From positions 117,456 to 137,455 of the forward strand of contig NZ_CP019436.1 of the NCBI RefSeq assembly GCF_002201895.1: a DNA stretch of 20,000 nucleotides. Reading direction: 5' to 3'. A program made the position numbers and the translations under genes. How positions within the stretch are numbered: position 1 is the stretch's first letter; every line of letters begins with the position of its first letter. Under the pieces are notes generated by a model that saw only the letters and a program-made list of their open reading frames with translations, ran no database searches and was not told where the DNA came from. The DNA comes from Methanopyrus sp. SNP6. GTDB taxonomy: Archaea > JAADCQ01 > Methanopyri > Methanopyrales > Methanopyraceae. Positions 17,471-20,000 of the stretch are shown here, in pieces.

Positions 17471-18585
17471 CCACCCAGCACCCTGGCGACGAGCTCGAGG
17501 AACCGTGAGACCGTCTCCGCGTCGAGGTGTGGCATCATTACTATCCTGACTCCGAGGGGATTGGTGGAAATGGAGATCTTCCAACCCTCCCGCTCCGCTT
17601 CCCGCAACAGTCGTTCCGCGGTCTCTCTGCCGGGCAACAGTATGTTTACCAAGTTGAGGTGGGGCGGGTCCACGGCTAGTTTTAGGCCGAGTTCTTTGGC
17701 CTTTTCTGCGACTTTCAGGGTCTCTTCGTAGCATCTGAAAGCTATCTTCCGATACCCTTCTTCCCCGAGCTCCAATATGTTCGCGTAGAGCGCTAGGACC
17801 GGAGCTCCAGGTCGTGTGCCGGTGATAGTGTACTGTGATGCCCCACCACCCGACAAGTAAGGTGCATACACCTCGATGGTTTTCGGGAACTCGTCGTCGC
17901 GGAACACGATGCCACCTGCTGGCGGGGGTACCAGCCCCATCTTATGGGGGTCGACGGTAACGGATACAACCGCCTCCAGATCGAAGCCGAAACGGGGTAA
18001 TGGGTACTCATCCCGGAGGAACGGTGCCGTGAAGCCCCCGAACGCGGCGTCTACGTGGAGAGGAACGTCGTGATCCTCCGCCACGTCCGATAGCGCCTCG
18101 ATGTCGTCGACGGACCCCGTCTCGGTGGTGCCGACGATGCCGACGATCAGCGCGGTATCCCGGGAAATCAGGTCCTGAACCGCGTCTACATCCACGGTAT
18201 AGTCGGACTTCAGCGGCGCCTCGACGAGTTTCATACGTAACATCCGCGCCGCCTTCTCGAATGAGAAATGGCGAGTGGCGGGAACTATGATCTCCCTACC
18301 GCCTGTGACTTCTCGAGCCGCGTACGCGGCTAGGATGTTGGCCTCGGTACCTCCCGACACTATACTACCCTCGGCCTCCTCCGGATCTGGGTGATCTAGG
18401 AGCGTCTCCGCCAACCATTCAATGCACTCACGCTCGACCCGGTACGCGTTGGGAAAGAGGTAAGGATCACCCAAATTGACGTGAAGCCCAGCTACGAACG
18501 CTTTGGCGGCGACAGGGTGAGGTTCGGTGCACATTGATCCGAGTACGGTACCGTCGGAATAATCAGAGTCACGCTGGATGATCAT
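17467..18585 (-). CDS. mfnA: L-tyrosine/L-aspartate decarboxylase (PLP-dependent), methanofuran/CoA biosynthesis
   Basis: GSMCTEPHPVA, SGGTEANILA and the PLP lysine in TVDPHKMGL. 372 aa from ATG 18585, which overlaps the upstream TGA (ATGA). The tracked 468-aa ORF's first 96 codons are R/G-rich off-frame sequence. Confidence 0.9.
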   Translation of the reverse strand: MIIQRDSDYSDGTVLGSMCTEPHPVAAKAFVAGLHVNLGDPYLFPNAYRVERECIEWLAETLLDHPDPEEAEGSIVSGGTEANILAAYAAREVTGGREIIVPATRHFSFEKAARMLRMKLVEAPLKSDYTVDVDAVQDLISRDTALIVGIVGTTETGSVDDIEALSDVAEDHDVPLHVDAAFGGFTAPFLRDEYPLPRFGFDLEAVVSVTVDPHKMGLVPPPAGGIVFRDDEFPKTIEVYAPYLSGGGASQYTITGTRPGAPVLALYANILELGEEGYRKIAFRCYEETLKVAEKAKELGLKLAVDPPHLNLVNILLPGRETAERLLREAEREGWKISISTNPLGVRIVMMPHLDAETVSRFLELVARVLGG

Positions 18586-19388
18586 ACGTACTCTATCCGG
18601 TATTCGGCTCCCCGCCGTTCCGCCTTGCCCCTCGCCCTCCTCAGCATAGGGGTGGTGATTACCACTAACGCCTTCAGGCCCTTGAGCGCCGCCATGATGG
18701 CTCCGTCCACCACCCCGAATTTCAAGTCCGGTTCGATCCCGAGCATGTTCAGGGCCGCCTTCGCCGCGGTGCCGGCCGCTCCGATAAGATCGTAGTCCTC
18801 CTTCTCCAGCACCTCTTTCAGCCTGTCGAGGTTCAGTTTGCGGGTCCCTCCTTCGCGCGCGCTCGGGACGCATACGAACACCACCTCCCCTTTTTCGAGC
18901 CCCGGAATGTCGCCCTCGATGTTCGTCACCGGCAGGTCTTGTCCTTTCTCCGCGTCGGCTTGGGCTATGGCTCGTGCTCCGGTCTTACGACTCTTCGACG
19001 CGTACAACAGCCCGCCTTCCATGTACAGGTGGACCTCTTCACCTTTCCGGATATCCTCCGCAGCTATGGCCGCCCAAGTCATGCGCTTCCCAAGAGCTTC
19101 CGCGATTTTAGCCGAGAACCTACGAATATTATTAATCGATTCGAGGGCTTTTTCAGCCCCTTTATCAGTCAGAACATATTCAGCTCGACCTTTTTTCTCT
19201 ACCAATCCTTCGTCGATAAGTTCCTTTACGTAGTTGTGGATAGCCTGCAAGGATACTCCTAACTCGTCCCCAATGTCACCTAAATGAACTCTAGGTTGAC
19301 GCAATCCAATGAACGCTAATATCAAAGATTTCATCAGTTCGCGTCTATCCTTTAGCTCATTGGGCACCCTGATAGGTCCTTCTTCCAT
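18582..19388 (-). CDS. Winged-helix (MarR/ArsR-like) transcriptional regulator with an uncharacterised ~170-aa C-terminal domain
   Basis: The N-terminal wHTH is LGDIGDELGVSLQAIHNYVKELIDEGLVEKKGRAEYVLTDKG. The C-terminal domain is not recognised. It starts 3 nt after the nikR stop. Confidence 0.65.
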   Translation of the reverse strand: MEEGPIRVPNELKDRRELMKSLILAFIGLRQPRVHLGDIGDELGVSLQAIHNYVKELIDEGLVEKKGRAEYVLTDKGAEKALESINNIRRFSAKIAEALGKRMTWAAIAAEDIRKGEEVHLYMEGGLLYASKSRKTGARAIAQADAEKGQDLPVTNIEGDIPGLEKGEVVFVCVPSAREGGTRKLNLDRLKEVLEKEDYDLIGAAGTAAKAALNMLGIEPDLKFGVVDGAIMAALKGLKALVVITTPMLRRARGKAERRGAEYRIEYV

Positions 19389-19391
19389 TTC

Positions 19392-19817
19392 TTATTCACC
19401 CTCACTCGAAACTACAGTCAGCTTAGCTTGTTCCACCCCTCGGACCCCACGAATGCGCTTCGCGAGCTCGGCAATCCGTTTTCCAGGTCCTTGTAGTAAC
19501 AGTACTTCGAGACACTTTTCGTGGGAAACGTGTATGTGTGTCGTAGATATTATCAAATCCGTGAATTCGTGCTGCACTTTCACTAGCTCGGGCTCGGCGC
19601 GCTCGTGATGGAACACGTACGTAAGGACGCCGAAGTACTCCTCATCTCCTAATCGTTCGGTCCATTCGATCCTCTGAAGGTATTCCCGTAGAGCCTGGCG
19701 GAAGATCTCCGATCGGCTCGCGAAGTACCCCGAGGCTATTAGTTCGTTAACTTTCTGGAGTAGGTTGTTTGGTATGGTTATCGAGGTTCGTACCAGATTG
19801 TCCTCGCCTTTGCTCAC
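19392..19817 (-). CDS. nikR: Nickel-responsive regulator NikR (ribbon-helix-helix + ACT-like metal-binding domain)
   Basis: The RHH is VRTSITIPNNLLQKVNELIASGYFASRSEIFRQALREYL. The C-domain has HH...QH...HIHVSHEKCLEVLLLQG, which are NikR high-affinity-site-like residues. GTG 19817 is preferred because GGGGATC lies 5 nt upstream. The ORF extends to GTG 19832. Confidence 0.85.
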   Translation of the reverse strand: MSKGEDNLVRTSITIPNNLLQKVNELIASGYFASRSEIFRQALREYLQRIEWTERLGDEEYFGVLTYVFHHERAEPELVKVQHEFTDLIISTTHIHVSHEKCLEVLLLQGPGKRIAELAKRIRGVRGVEQAKLTVVSSEGE

Positions 19818-19832
19818 CCGAGGATCCCCCAC

Positions 19833-19860
19833 ACGGTGAATTAATACTTGGTAGCACCGT
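19833..19860. promoter_or_regulatory. Perfect inverted repeat ACGGTG-N16-CACCGT overlapping a TATA-like element directly upstream of nikR; candidate NikR operator
   Basis: Arms are at 19833-19838 and 19855-19860. The 16-nt spacer contains TATTAAT on the coding strand. The 6-N16-6 geometry is the same as the E. coli NikR operator (GTATGA-N16-TCATAC), though the arm sequence differs. Confidence 0.4.
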
Positions 19861-20000
19861 CATCTTGAAGTCTCGAGACCTATTAAAGCCATCAGGACCG
19901 CGAGCTCGCAGAGGTCTTCCCTCAACACCTTTCCGTCGGATAGTACCCCTATTACACCGGAGCGCTTGCCTATCTCCCTGACTCCGACGAGCTCCGAGAA
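19860..20000 (-). CDS. 3' end (46 codons) of an unidentified gene continuing beyond the window
   Basis: The minus-strand frame is open from the window edge to TGA at 19862-19860. It translates as FSELVGVREIGKRSGVIGVLSDGKVLREDLCELAVLMALIGLETSR, which has host-like composition. It is too short to assign. Confidence 0.4.
   Translation of the reverse strand, partial: FSELVGVREIGKRSGVIGVLSDGKVLREDLCELAVLMALIGLETSR

Noticed and set aside
17471-18873. N-terminal extensions of two tracked ORFs: 88 codons on the protease-like ORF (17471-17734) and 96 codons on mfnA (18586-18873).
   Set aside because: The extensions are R/G/P-rich and overlap the preceding genes in another frame. Internal ATGs form canonical ATGA stop/start overlaps and give homologue-like N-termini (MIGPLEPL..., MIIQRDSDYSDGTVLGSMCTEPHP...).

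Overview
The window looks like a compact, high-GC chromosome segment from a hyperthermophilic methanogen. It resembles Methanopyrus: very acidic E/D/R/V-rich proteins, GGAGG/GGTGA-type Shine-Dalgarno sites, many GTG/TTG starts and frequent 4-nt start/stop overlaps. This taxonomic call is an inference. About 26 CDS are supported. From left to right they are: a 5'-truncated, compositionally atypical large ORF; pyrB-pyrI; a LysR-type regulator; a minus-strand tetrahydromethanopterin-related block (dmrX-like Fe-S flavoprotein, DHPS-like pterin-binding protein, coupled 167-aa unknown); an orphan MtrF-like membrane peptide; and an AcnX/DUF126 swivel-domain protein. A ~630-nt low-GC gap with no convincing gene follows. 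Next come a plus-strand block (DUF512-type radical SAM protein, cofD, SagB-type nitroreductase, Mtq2/HemK-like methylase, cutA) and an AIR-synthase-related protein with sirC. The window ends with a long, tightly coupled minus-strand gene string headed by nikR: wHTH regulator, mfnA, hydrogenase-maturation-protease-like gene, 78-aa ORF, mfnE-like kinase, ASKHA-fold protein and a 256-aa unknown. I found no rRNA, tRNA, CRISPR array, IS element or obvious defence system. The most interesting points are the NikR-headed string with a 6-N16-6 palindrome over its promoter, uncharacterised genes coupled to methanofuran, H4MPT and F420 cofactor genes, a highly structured ~290-nt region upstream of pyrBI, and the low-GC gap. 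All family assignments come from motif recognition by eye, not from searches.
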